Assembly (NCBI GenBank): GCA_051313645.2
Contig: JBNRSN020000086.1
Coordinates: 2,728,001-2,792,000 of the forward strand
Length of the DNA: 64,000 bases
DNA from: Centroscyllium fabricii
Lineage: Eukaryota
Direction: 5' to 3'
A program made the translations under genes and the position numbers. This document shows, piece after piece, positions 1 through 11,900 of this stretch. The notes beneath the pieces were generated by a model. It was not told the origin of the DNA. It saw only the letters and a list, made by a program, of their open reading frames with translations, and made no database searches. Position 1 is the stretch's first letter; every line of letters starts with the position of its first letter.

Positions 1-320
1 CGGTTAGCGCATGCGCAGATAATTCAATACGGCCGCCCGTTATTTTCTCGACAGCTGAGCCCCGTGACTGAGGCGGACAGTCACTAGGCAACAGCTGTCA
101 GCCTGAGTCCCGCTCGGCGGCAGCAGCAACCCCAAAGGCGATGGAGAGGGACGGCGGACCCGGGCCCGATCTGCGCATGCGCGCGCCAGCCAATCGCAAT
201 GCTGCGCGCGGCCATTTTGACTGGCGCGCATGCGCAGTGTCCAAACTCGTTCTCCCGGTTTTTTCCATTTCCCGGCACGGGCCTGGTCCCGCCCGTGCCC
301 GATTAACGGTGCTCAACCTG
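1..320. mobile_element. pogo/Tigger-like MITE (left end outside window)
   Basis: Ends GATTAACGGTGCTCAACCTG|TA, the same TIR as the copies at 9747 and 13551. Confidence 0.75.
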
Positions 321-1099
321 TACATAAATGCAGATGTTTTCTTTAGAAGGATTAGAAGACGTTACCAAAGGTGTGGTTTCAAGAGGCTTTTAAGATGGGA
401 GGGAAGTAGCAAGGTGGTGAAGTTTAAGAAGGGGATTCAGGTGGTAGAACCTATACAGCTGAAAGTTCTACCACTAAGTGAGGAATGTGGCAGGGGGAAT
501 GCATAATGAGTTTGAGCTGGAGGATTATGTGGTGCAAGCTCGGACCTGAGGCTGGAAGAGGTTGCAGAGATAAGGTGAGGACATAAGAGCGTTTTGTAAA
601 CAAGTATTTTTGAATTTTTTGCATGAAGAGACAGTACCAGTGGAGGTCGATGGGTGAACAAGAATTAGCACAGCATAGTGGATGGTGGAGCTTTGGATGA
701 GTTAGATTTTGTTAGGAGCTTCAGAGGTAAATATTTAAAATTTACTTTCAATATTTTAAAACTGCTTTTCAAAATTTAGGGTGCAAGAGTTCAAACTCTT
801 AAATCTATCTGTAACTTAAATATTACTGTCAAAGTTCTGCTTTTCATATGAACTGCTCCACCAAATGTCGCAGGTTGAACAGATAACTGTCGAGCTGAGA
901 TATACCCCATGGTCATTACTACTGGGACAGTCTGTTCAGAACTGTGGCAGCAACATAAACATCATAAACCTGAATTTATTGTAGCCATTTATCTGAATCT
1001 TTGAACCTAATCACGTTGAAAAGAAATCCATTAGTAGTCTTAATTTTTAAAAGCATAATATTTTTTTAAGTTTGTGCTTTTTCATTTTCATCCTTCATA

Positions 1100-2532
1100 T
1101 AAACTCCCCTACCCACATCCGTTGCCTTCTCTTGTGACCTCTGCACCTGTGGTTTCGATCTCTGAAAAGGCTATCTCTGACCACTTCATCGCCCTTATCA
1201 TCCACATCCCTATTTAATCCCATTACTTTTCACCAATTGGCCATGGAAAAAGCTTTTCTACCAGGAAGAGTTTCTGCTATTCTCACCGAAACAGCCCTAG
1301 CTAAAGTTATAATTGACATCCTCTGATTGTGACTGAATTGCATTATCCCTTCTTAACCTTTGCAGCACTTGACACAATTGACCATGCTATCTCCAAGTGT
1401 CTCCTCTCTCATCCAGTGCTGCAGATTTGCCCGTGCAGTTCTATTCTTACTTATCTGAATGTTAACCAGTGCATTTCAAGCGATGGCTGCTCTTTATTTC
1501 CAGAAGGACCTATCCTTGGTTCTGTCATCTTTATTTACATGCTGATCTTAGGCAACATCATCAGCTTCCACATATACATCAGTTATACCCAGCTCTACCT
1601 CTCAACACCTCTCAACATCTTGACTCTTTCTGCTTTCAGACTGATTGTTTAAGATCCAGTCTTGGGTGTGTTATAACTTCTACCGCTCAACGTTGGGACG
1701 GCTGCAGCCATTGTCCTCGGCACCCGCAACAAACTCTGCTCCCTTGCTACTGACTCCATCTGCTTCCCAACCATTGACCCAGGCAGAAATACACTTTGCA
1801 ATCTTGGCATCTTGTTCATTTCTGATCGACTTCAGATCCCATATTCTACCCATCACAAATATTGTTTACTTCTGCCTCTGCCCCAACCCCTACCTTAGCT
1901 CCTTCACTGCTGAAATCCTTACACTGCCCTTGTCATATCCAAACTCAACCACGCCAGCGTTTTCCATTGTGGGCCTCCACCCTGCACAAACTCCAATATA
2001 TACAAATCTCTGCTGCACATATCCTCCTGGCAAAATTCTACTTGTTTATTCCACCCCCCCACCCCCCGGGGGCTGCAGTGATGTATGTTGGCTCTCTGTC
2101 CCCAACACATTAAACTTAAAATTGTCATTGTCATCTTTCAATACTTTCATGCCTCTGCAATATCCTCCACACCTAGATCTCCATGAACACTTTGTTTCTC
2201 TGACTGGCCATTTGTGCATTCCCCTCTCTCTGTCCCTTTCACTCTTCTAGGTGGCAAAGCCTTCAGCTACCTGGTGCTACTTTAGTCATAGAGTCATAGA
2301 AAATAGGTGCAGGAGAAGACCATTCGGTCCGTCGAGCCCGCACCGCCATTCAATACGTTCATGGCTGAACACACTTTCTCGACTTTGTTCCCTAAACCTC
2401 TCGCTTCTCTATCTCTCGCCCTTTAAAATCCAAAACATTTAGTTATGCCTCCTAATCGCTACCTTCCTTGTACCTCTATCTGTAAATATACTGTGGGACC
2501 TCCTATTAAAGGCACTATATAAATGCCTGTTG
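1100..2532 (+). mobile_element. Degraded L2 LINE (RT remnant to 3' tail) with a short CR1 3'-end insert at about 2284-2370
   Basis: Decayed AxDTIDH / PxGxILG / TQLYLS RT motifs; tail TAAAGGCACTATATAAATGC. Confidence 0.7.
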
Positions 2533-2787
2533 ACATAATAATGCTGCGATTTGCTTAAAATTTCACACTGCACTCTGGAGACTAAAGTAATCTAGAACAA
2601 ACTTAAGCATAAAAGTATATATCATGCATTGCTGGTGTTTAATGAGGACAGATATATTGTGATGTTTTTATTTCATCATTTAGCAAACATGTGGTTTGAA
2701 AAATTAAATACTCTTAAACTGTGGACATTATTCTAATAAAATCTGGAACACGTGTACTGTAGGAAATGACCTTTGATGCATTTGCAG

Positions 2788-2975
2788 ATCAGGTATGCTG
2801 GAGGTAGGCGTTGACAGGATCATTTCTCAGGTTGTGGATCCAAAGATTAATCACATATTCCGGCCTCAGGTTGAGAAAGCCGTTCATGAGTTTTTAGGAA
2901 CTTTGGATCGGAAAGAAGAGCCTGCTGCTGTGAGCTGTGTACAAAATTCTGAGAAACAAGAGCCAACAACTCCAG
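2788..2975 (+). CDS. BOD1L1: BOD1L1-like exon (C-terminal part of BOD1/Shg1 domain)
   Basis: tttgcag|ATCAGGT...CCAG|gtact; encodes [36 protein letters not shown]. Confidence 0.93.
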
Positions 2976-5900
2976 GTACTACTGAAATACTAATCTGACT
3001 GACTTTTATGTTCTGTTGTTTATCTAAAAGGTATACAGGTTGAAGTTCGTTAATCCGGCACCCGAAAAACCGGCAGCTTCAGTCGTTCGGCACAGATTTT
3101 CTCGACTGCCCGGCACATGCGCAGGCAATTCAAAATGGCCGCCGCCAGGGCTGGGCTTCCCTTTCACCTAACATATACTCACTGGATCCTGGCTTAGTGA
3201 CCACCCCAATGCCGATGGTGAATCCCAGGCCCAGAAAATGAGCTGTTGCCACCTTTCGCAGGACGCGGTACAGCCAAAGCTCAGCGCCCGGCTCCCCATC
3301 GCTGCTGGAGGCTGCTGCGTGCTGACGTCACTGCGTTCCGAAGCTGGCGTGCGGTGGCGTCACACGAGCCGGGCTTGAGCCGTGCATTGGGCCTCAGGCC
3401 CGCTGGAGCCATGCAGCCCGCTCCCTGATCCGCAGCAGAATCGATGGCTGCGTGCGGATGTCACCGCGTTCCGAAGCTGGCGTGCGGTGACGTCACGTGA
3501 GCCAGGCTTGAGCCACGCATTGGGCCTCAGGCCCGCTGGAGTCGTGCAGCCCGCCGCTCCCTGATCCACCATGGGCAGCAGAATTGAGTGCGTTCTGTGA
3601 GTTCCACCCGACCCTAGGGCCGAAAATTACCTTCCAGGAACCGGCGGCGCATGCGCAGAGCATTAAAACATTTCCCGTGGCTATTTTGAACGGGAGATCG
3701 GCCATTTTAATCCTCAGCACGGTATCAACAGCATGAAATCAAGGTAGAAACATATTTTTTCCTGCTGCAGCTTGAGAAAAAAATTGTTATTTTGGCGCAA
3801 TTCGGGATTTCGTTTTTTGGAGTTGTTGATAAGGTGTTGTGTACCTGTATTGGGGCTGATCATGGTGGGATTCAGAGAACCAAGGTGATATTTTCTGAAG
3901 GACACCAATGTTGCTGGAATAGATGGCAGCTGAAGTTGAGATGACAGAAGCGATCTGTCAGTGGTGAGAGAGGTTGCTCCAAGGAGGTGACAGTGGATAG
4001 AGAGTTTACTGCAAATGCTTCCAAACTATAAAGCTCAAAAGTGTGTTCCAAATCCTGAAGGCTCCAGCTTCTCCGATTGGAAAGTGAACAGCTGTGAAAT
4101 GGTAGCTTTTATACCACTTTTGCAGCTGTCAACTATTCAGAGGAAAGGAGAGTCGTTGACAACCCAACCTACTTGCCTGACATGATCTCTGAGTACCTCG
4201 TGAAAAAGCTGGTGAAATGGTAAGTACATGGTAAAATGGTGTTTAAGCACCTTTAAACAAGCTCTTAAGAATCTGAATTGGCTCACCCGCCACTTGGTGT
4301 CGGGTCTGTTAAGCGCAGACAGACCCAGCACTTGGGAAATTGACACGGAAGCGGGTTGACAATGGGATCCCGACCCACTGTCAATCTTTTCGATTTTTGA
4401 CAGCGGACCCGCATCTGAACCTGTTTTCTGAGCGCCGGCAAAATTGCAGCCTGTGTGTTTCAGTAATGATTCTTCAGTCTGATTGGTTAAGGAGATACGC
4501 AGTTGGTTGCCCTGTTCACACAGGTCCCAGATCCCCTGTAGGGGACACGCACTGTTGTGGATTTCTAAAAACCACAAGTTCCAGTGTAAAAGCCCTTAAA
4601 GTCTGTGTGTAAGTGTAATGAACGGTTGGCACTGTTCATTTGCCACTGATCGCAAAATCTGGGACATTGTAAAGCACAGTTACCCATCTACCTTTCTAGG
4701 CAGGGAATACAATTAGATATTTTTGAAAGAGTTTTAAATGGTTAACAACCTGTAATGGCTATGTCCTTTGGTAAGTCTGCTAGCTTGACACACCCAGCAC
4801 AGTGTCAGCACTATAGATCAGACTGTTTTCTGTTTTTTATTGCAGCTTTCAGAATTTTTGCTTAGACTATGGTAGAAAATATTTATTTATTGTTGTTGAA
4901 ACGTGAAATGGAGGGTCTCCCCTGTACTTTAATCAAGTTTGTGCAGTATACAAGTCTAAATGCTGTATTTCCAGTCACTACATTATATATTATGCACTGG
5001 GGGGGGGAAATTCGGTATTGATCATTTTGGGGCGCTAACTTTAGCGCCGGTGACAGCAAAATTGAGTTTTAGCACCGCAAGAGGGAAGTGGAGCATTAAT
5101 CAAGCGCTGCACTTCCTTCTTAGGGCGCTAACGTCGGAGAGCTGAGCGGAGACTTCAGCATTGCACACTGGGCCGTGCAGCACTGCCACGTTCAAAGGCT
5201 CCTCCCCTTAAAGGGAAGGACCATTGCTGCAATTTAAAAAGTACCTACCCTGGAGCACCAAGGCAGCCGTGATCCCACGTAATCAGCCTGGCACTGGAGC
5301 AGAGTGCCAGGCAGGCAGGAACCCGCAAAAAAGCCGAGAACTGGAAAGGTCATTTTTTTTCCCCCACTTACTTCGGCCACCTCGCCTTTAATCATCACCC
5401 CTGAAGCAGCTGGCCGTCCGATGCACGCCTCCTGCAGCTGTTGTTTTTGACTGGCGCTGCTGTAGGGGGCAAAGGTCAATTTTGAAGGCGATATTCCCGC
5501 CGCGCTCGGGTGGTAAGTGGTTAGCATCCGGAGGCGATAACGAGGGGCACCAAGGTACCCAATTTCTCCCCCTATATTCCTAATTGTTAAAATGATTGCA
5601 TGGAATAGTAATATATAGTATTTCATTTTCAATACCGTTGCATTACACTTTGTGTTTTCAACTTGCAGGCCTTTCATCTAGTGGTCCAAGTACAAGCAAA
5701 GCTAATGATGCTCTTTCTATCCTGGACACAATAACCTCTCTTAATCAGGAAGCCAGTGCTGCCAGATCTACAGTAGAGAATTTATCCAGTAAAAATGGTG
5801 AAAAGAGCTCCAAGAAAAACCTTATTTCAGAAATCAGCAAGTCTCAACAAAGTTTTGATCTGGGAATGGAGAAAGACTGCACTACTGAAGAAACAGAAAA

Positions 5901-8900
5901 TCTTGTATTAGAAACCAAAGTGGATGATGGAAAGTTTTATTCTAAGCCAGAAGGGTCAGTTAATGCCTTAATACCTGTGAAGGATTTTGAGGAAAAGGAT
6001 GAAAAAACTGATGATGTAGAGGAAAGTGTTGAAGATATGAATGGAAAAAAGGACAGAATTGATGAGAAAAAGATGGATAAGAAAGATCTAGTTCTATTAA
6101 GAAGGGATGAACACGTTGGATTTTCAAAGGAGGAGAGAAGAGGAAAGAGAAAAGAATATGATTCTGTAAAACACATCACTGCGGCTCTAACCATTAAACA
6201 GACAGCCAAGGAAAACTTAAAGAAAGGTACTGAGAATGCTTTGCTGTTCTGGTTTTCAGTAAGCAGACATTTTTATAACTCTGGATTGTGATACGTGTGC
6301 ATAGAGTTATAGTAGCTAATCAGTAAAATACCAGTGAAGTGTCTGAACTAAAACATGCTGATAAAATACAGCAAAATGCACAGCTTATTTTTCATCAGTA
6401 ATGTTTCTAGAATTTGTGGAAATTTTCTAAAAGTTTGAGTTGATGTGTACAGAATTTTTTTTATTTATAGTCAATGTCACATCGTAATCATTCTGTACGT
6501 ATCCTTTAGCCTGCTTAAATATTTAAGTGAGTCTTTTTCCTTTTTAAATGTAACTTGGAACTCTGCACTGCTAAAATGTGTCACAAAGCTTCTTTTTTCC
6601 TTGTAGCATAATATAGCTTTACTAAGTGCTGCAAGCAAAATTGTTAATTATTGACTTCTATGTTAATGGTAAGTGCTGATAAACCTGCACCAATTATTTT
6701 TAAAATAAGTTTATTTTTACAGTAAAATAAGATTGCCAAACAGACAGAGGGGAATTTAAATTGTATACATGTAATGACACAAAATATGAATAAAATTGAT
6801 TAGCTAGAGGCACAAATTGAACTAACTGAAAAAAATTAATGAACTCTGGAAAAGACACTGGGTCCTGATGGTATCCATCATAGAATACTGAGGAAAGTTA
6901 GAGTGGAAATGGACGGGGGCTCTAACCATAATCTTTCAAGCATCTTTTGATGTGAGTGTTGTGCCAGATAACTGGAAGGTTGCCAATGTAACACCTCTGT
7001 TCATGAGTTAGTTCAGGACAACCAACATGGATTTGTGAAATGCAAGTTGTGACAAAATTTAATGGTGTTCTTTCAGGAAATAACAATCTGTTGATAAAGG
7101 AAATGCAGTGGATGTCATGTATATGGATTTTTAAAGGTCTGAAATGAAGTGCCGACTATGAAGCTTGTTGGTTAAAGATTAAGGTGCACAGTATTAAAGG
7201 TAGTGTGACAGCAGCCTGGATCGGAAGCTGGTTAAAGGACAGAAAACAGACTAGTGATTAATGGATGTTTTTCAGACTGGAGAGATATAAAGGTGAGGTA
7301 CCCCAGCCGTCAGTGTTGGAATCATTTCTCTTGTAGATAAATAATTTGGACTTTGGTATAGGGGGCACAAGATTAAAATTTGCATAAAAGTGTGGTTAAC
7401 TGTAAAGTGGACTGTAAGTGACTTGCGAAGGACATGGGCAGGTAAGCCTATGGGTAGAGAGTGAGGACAAATTGATGAAGCTCATGTTTTTGAAAACAAA
7501 ACACATTCGAGGCTGCAGAAGAGTTTCACTAAAATTATACCAGGGACAAAAGGTTTTATTTGAGTAGAGAAACTGGGGCTCTTTTCTTTCAAACAAAGAA
7601 GGTTAAAATCAGATCTTGGAGATGTTCAAAATTGGTGGGTTTTGATGAGGTAAATGAGAAGTATTTCCACTGCCCAGAAAGATGTAAGATCATCAAAAGA
7701 ATGATGGGTGCAGTTAGTATTTTTTTAACACCGGATTGTTGGACATAGAATGCCCTAGCAGAAACTGCTAGAGTGCTAGAAGCAGAATCCATTATAACTT
7801 TTAAAAGGGAAGTGGTTAAATCTTTGGGGAATGGGGCTAAGTAGCCAGTTCTTTCAGAGAGCCAGCACTGCCTAAAAAGTGGGCTGAATGGCCACATTCT
7901 GTAAAATATTTCTGTTGACTGGCAATTTTAACAAAACAACATAACAGAATTTTTTGCATAATTTCATTCAAATTGAGCAATTTCAAATTAAGAGTAATTA
8001 TTCAGATATTTGTAATACAGTAGTCTGTTATATTTACAATTAACTTCTAAAACTGAAGAAGCTTTATGCCCCGGTTTCACTGGAGGCTAAGAATATCAAG
8101 AATATCAAGAATCGTCACGTTTCGAAATTCGTGGCGATTCGGCAAAAAATGCGAAAATTCGTGGTTAATTCTTGGCGATTCTTGGTTAATTCTTGGCGAT
8201 TCTGGACAAGGTTACGAATCTATCACGAATTATTGTAGGAATGAGGTACGAATCACTTACGAATATGCAGAATTAAATTACGAATCCACTACGACCTCCA
8301 CGATTAAGTTACGAATTCTAAGAATTATCTACGAATTGCACGAATTATCTACGAATTGCATTCGTAGTGCATTCGTAGGACATTCGTGGACATTCGTGAT
8401 GTATTTGGCGTGGTTCCACGAATTTGAGAAAATCAAGAATGCCCAAGAATAGGCAAGAATGCACTACGAATCGATTACGAAGCCGTTACGGACGGTAAGA
8501 AAGGGTTAAGAACGATAAGAAAGGGTCACGAATTGTTTAGGAATCTATCACGAATTGGACATTCGTGAACCCTCCCACGAAATTTTTTGCCAAACAAAAA
8601 CTTTCTTGAAAAATCAAAGAAATCACGCGAACTTCCGCGAACTCTACGAATCCACTACGAATCAACCACGAATTGTTTACGAATTGCAAGAATTACCCAC
8701 GAATCGGACAAATTTCAGATTCGGGACGATTCGGCAATTCGTAGCCTCCAGTGAAACCGGGGCATTAATTTGGTCCCTCTAACCATCATTGCATGTTTTT
8801 AATTTGTAAATTATTTTCTTTGTTCAGTCAGGTTATGTCACTGAACCCGTCATTTGAATAGTTTTATTCCCCCTGAAGTTGCTTTGCTATACATAAGAAC

Positions 8901-11900
8901 ATAAGAAATAGGAGCAGGAGTAGGCCAATCAGACCCTCGAGCCTGCTCCACCATTCAACAAGATCATAGCTGATCTGATCCTAACCTCAATTTTACTTTT
9001 ACTCTCCATCCCGCCCGAACCCATGTGATCACCTGGGAGAGGCGAAAAACCAGATTAAAAAAACCCCAGTGGCCAATTATTTAACTCCTGTAGTTTAGAA
9101 CCGTAGAATATTAGAGTAAAGAAACAAGCCATTCAGCACACTGTCTGTGCAGGTGTTTTTCTCTGCCTGACCACCTAGTGTAATCTGGTTATCTATCGAG
9201 GCTATTTTTAACAAAAAAAAAAAAAAAATCAAGAAATGTGCAGTATTCAGTAATTGGGTACTCACCTACAAAATATTGTCTTAAATGAATGGTGGAAGAT
9301 GCTTGATTAAGTATAGTACTGCCAGTTGAGGGTAATGCAATGCAATGACTACCAGCAGTGTGGGAGACACACGGTACCCTTGTAAAATGGCGGATCAGAA
9401 GAGACTACTGGCAGCGCGGGAGAGTCAGACTCCTGTTACAGGGGTATTGAGGTGTTCTGACCCCCGACAGCGCCAAGAAGCTGAGTAGTGGCAGTTTGGA
9501 GAACTACCCCCACTGACTAACTCAACCACAGGAGACTCGGACTCGGCAACATTGCCGGTTATTGAGGTGTTGTTTTCGGATGAGAATTTTGCCGGTTAAT
9601 AGAGAATTTTGGATATTTAGGTGCCGTTTAAATAAGGGTTTCCTGTACTTCATTGGCTGTGAAGCGCTTTGAGACGTCCAGTGGTCATGAAAGGCACTAT
9701 ATAAATGCAAGTCTTTTTTTCAGTATGCTTCTTTCTGAAGCAACTACAGGTTGAGTGAGCACTGTTAATCCGGCACCCGACGGTCCGGCAACTTCAGTGG
9801 TTCGGCACGAATCGGAACCAGCGGCCTTCAGTTTGTGGAGCAGCCGCTCGGCGGTGCTGCCGGTTCCCGCGAAGGGTGGGCAAGCGTCGGGCGTTTGGGT
9901 TGCTGCTGGACAGTGTTCTATCCCCTGTCTCCCTCCCGGGGAGTGTTCTGCTGCGCGCTCCGGGACCCGGGGAGTGTTCTACCGGGACCCGGGGAGTGTT
10001 CTACCGCGCGCCCCAGGCCCTGGGGAGTGTTCTGCCGCACGCTCCCCCCGAACCTTCAGTGGTCCGGAATTTTCAGTAATCCGGCACCGGCCTGGTCCCA
10101 AGGGTGCCGGATTAACGGTGCTCAACCTGTATCTAATTCTCTTTAAAATGTATGAGTTATGCTTCAACTATAGTGGCAGAGAATTCTATATTCCAAACAA
10201 CCTCAGTGATGAAATCTTTCTATCCTTCCCTTTAACCCTTTTTGTGATAAACTTAAAATTGTCTGCTTTTGCTACTGTCTCATCAACGAGTGAAATAATC
10301 TCTCTATTTGTTTTATCTAACCATTTATAATTTTGCAGAACCTCTATCAGGTCACTTCTTAACTTTCACAGCTTTAATTAAAATAAAGCCCCAATCTTTT
10401 CAGGTCTCTTTTCATAACTAATCTCTCATCCCTGATAATATCCTAGTGAATCTATACTGAACATTTTCTATTGTTTTGGTATCTTGGCTGTGCTGGGGTG
10501 CCAAAAACTATACACAACTCCAATAATGGCCTTATTAAGGCACAAGTTCAACATTACTTCCTTGGTTTTGTGTTCTCTCCTAAGTACACTGCCTTTTTTA
10601 CAGCCTTATCTACTTTTGCTGCCATTTTATAGAGCATTATATCTGCACATCAAGGTCCTTGTGCTCCTCTGCGCCATTTAAAATGTTACTACTGTGTATT
10701 TAAGGTGCATTTCTTCTCCTGTTCTTCCAAAATCTATTACTTCACATTCTTTTTACATTGAACTGAATCTGCCACCTAACTGCTCAACCTTATAGCCTAT
10801 CTATGTCATCTTGCAGTCTTTCAGTCCTCCTCCCAATTTGCCATACCTGCCCCCCATTTAGTGTAATTAGCAAATCTTTTACAATTTTCCCTCACTTCAT
10901 AAATCCAGTTCACTTTATATGTGTATGTAGTAAATATAGAGTTCCTGAACAGAACATTGCTCACATCTTTCCGGTCTGAGATAATTCCTTTTACACTTAT
11001 CTCTTTCTATCCTCCAACCATAGCAATCCATGTGGCCACGTTCCTCTTAATTCCATGTGCTCTTATCTTTGCCACAAGTCTTTCATGTGATTCCTTATCA
11101 AATGGTTTTTGAATATCCATAAAAACTATATACATTGCATTTCTTTTGTGGTCTTTTATTTCTTCAAATAATTCTCTAAAGCTGGTCAAACATGACCTAC
11201 ACTTCAGAAATCTGTGCTGACTGACCCTGAATAACTAATTTGCCTACAATTTCCTGGCTTATTCTCATCTTTCTTTTTGAGAGGAGTCACATTAGCCACT
11301 CTCCAGTCCCCTAGCACAATTTCTTTTCCATAAAATTTTGGAAAATTCTAGTTGCAGCCTCCATTATTTCTTCCCTTAGGATTCCTGAATGTAAACCCAA
11401 ATCTCTGTGATTTACCTTAAATTTGAGCGGATTGTTTAGTACCAGCTATCTATGAACAATAACCTCGAATAATAGCTGTACATCCACCTCTGGCACTTTC
11501 ACAATCTTGTATCCATCTGCTCGATGAATACTGAGGCAATGTGTTTAGTATCTGCCATTCCCTCACTCTCTGCCTTACCCCAATGTTAAATATCCTATGA
11601 ATAGCTCTGTTACTTTGTAGCATTAATTAAGTACTACAGTATATTATAGAATATTTAGTAGTTCAGAACAATAAACTAACAGTTTGTAACACCAGTACAA
11701 TACATTCTCTACAATCTGGCTCTCTAGAAGGTGTTTTGTTTGATTAACATTTTTTTCTAAGTCTGTATGAGAAAGATAAAACATGGAACAAGATAAATAT
11801 AAAGCTAAACAGTTAAATTTGTTGGAAACTGGTTTCAAAATGAAATGTCACATTGTTGGAGTTTTTATTTGTTTGCTCTGCTATTTTTACTTAAAAGGTT

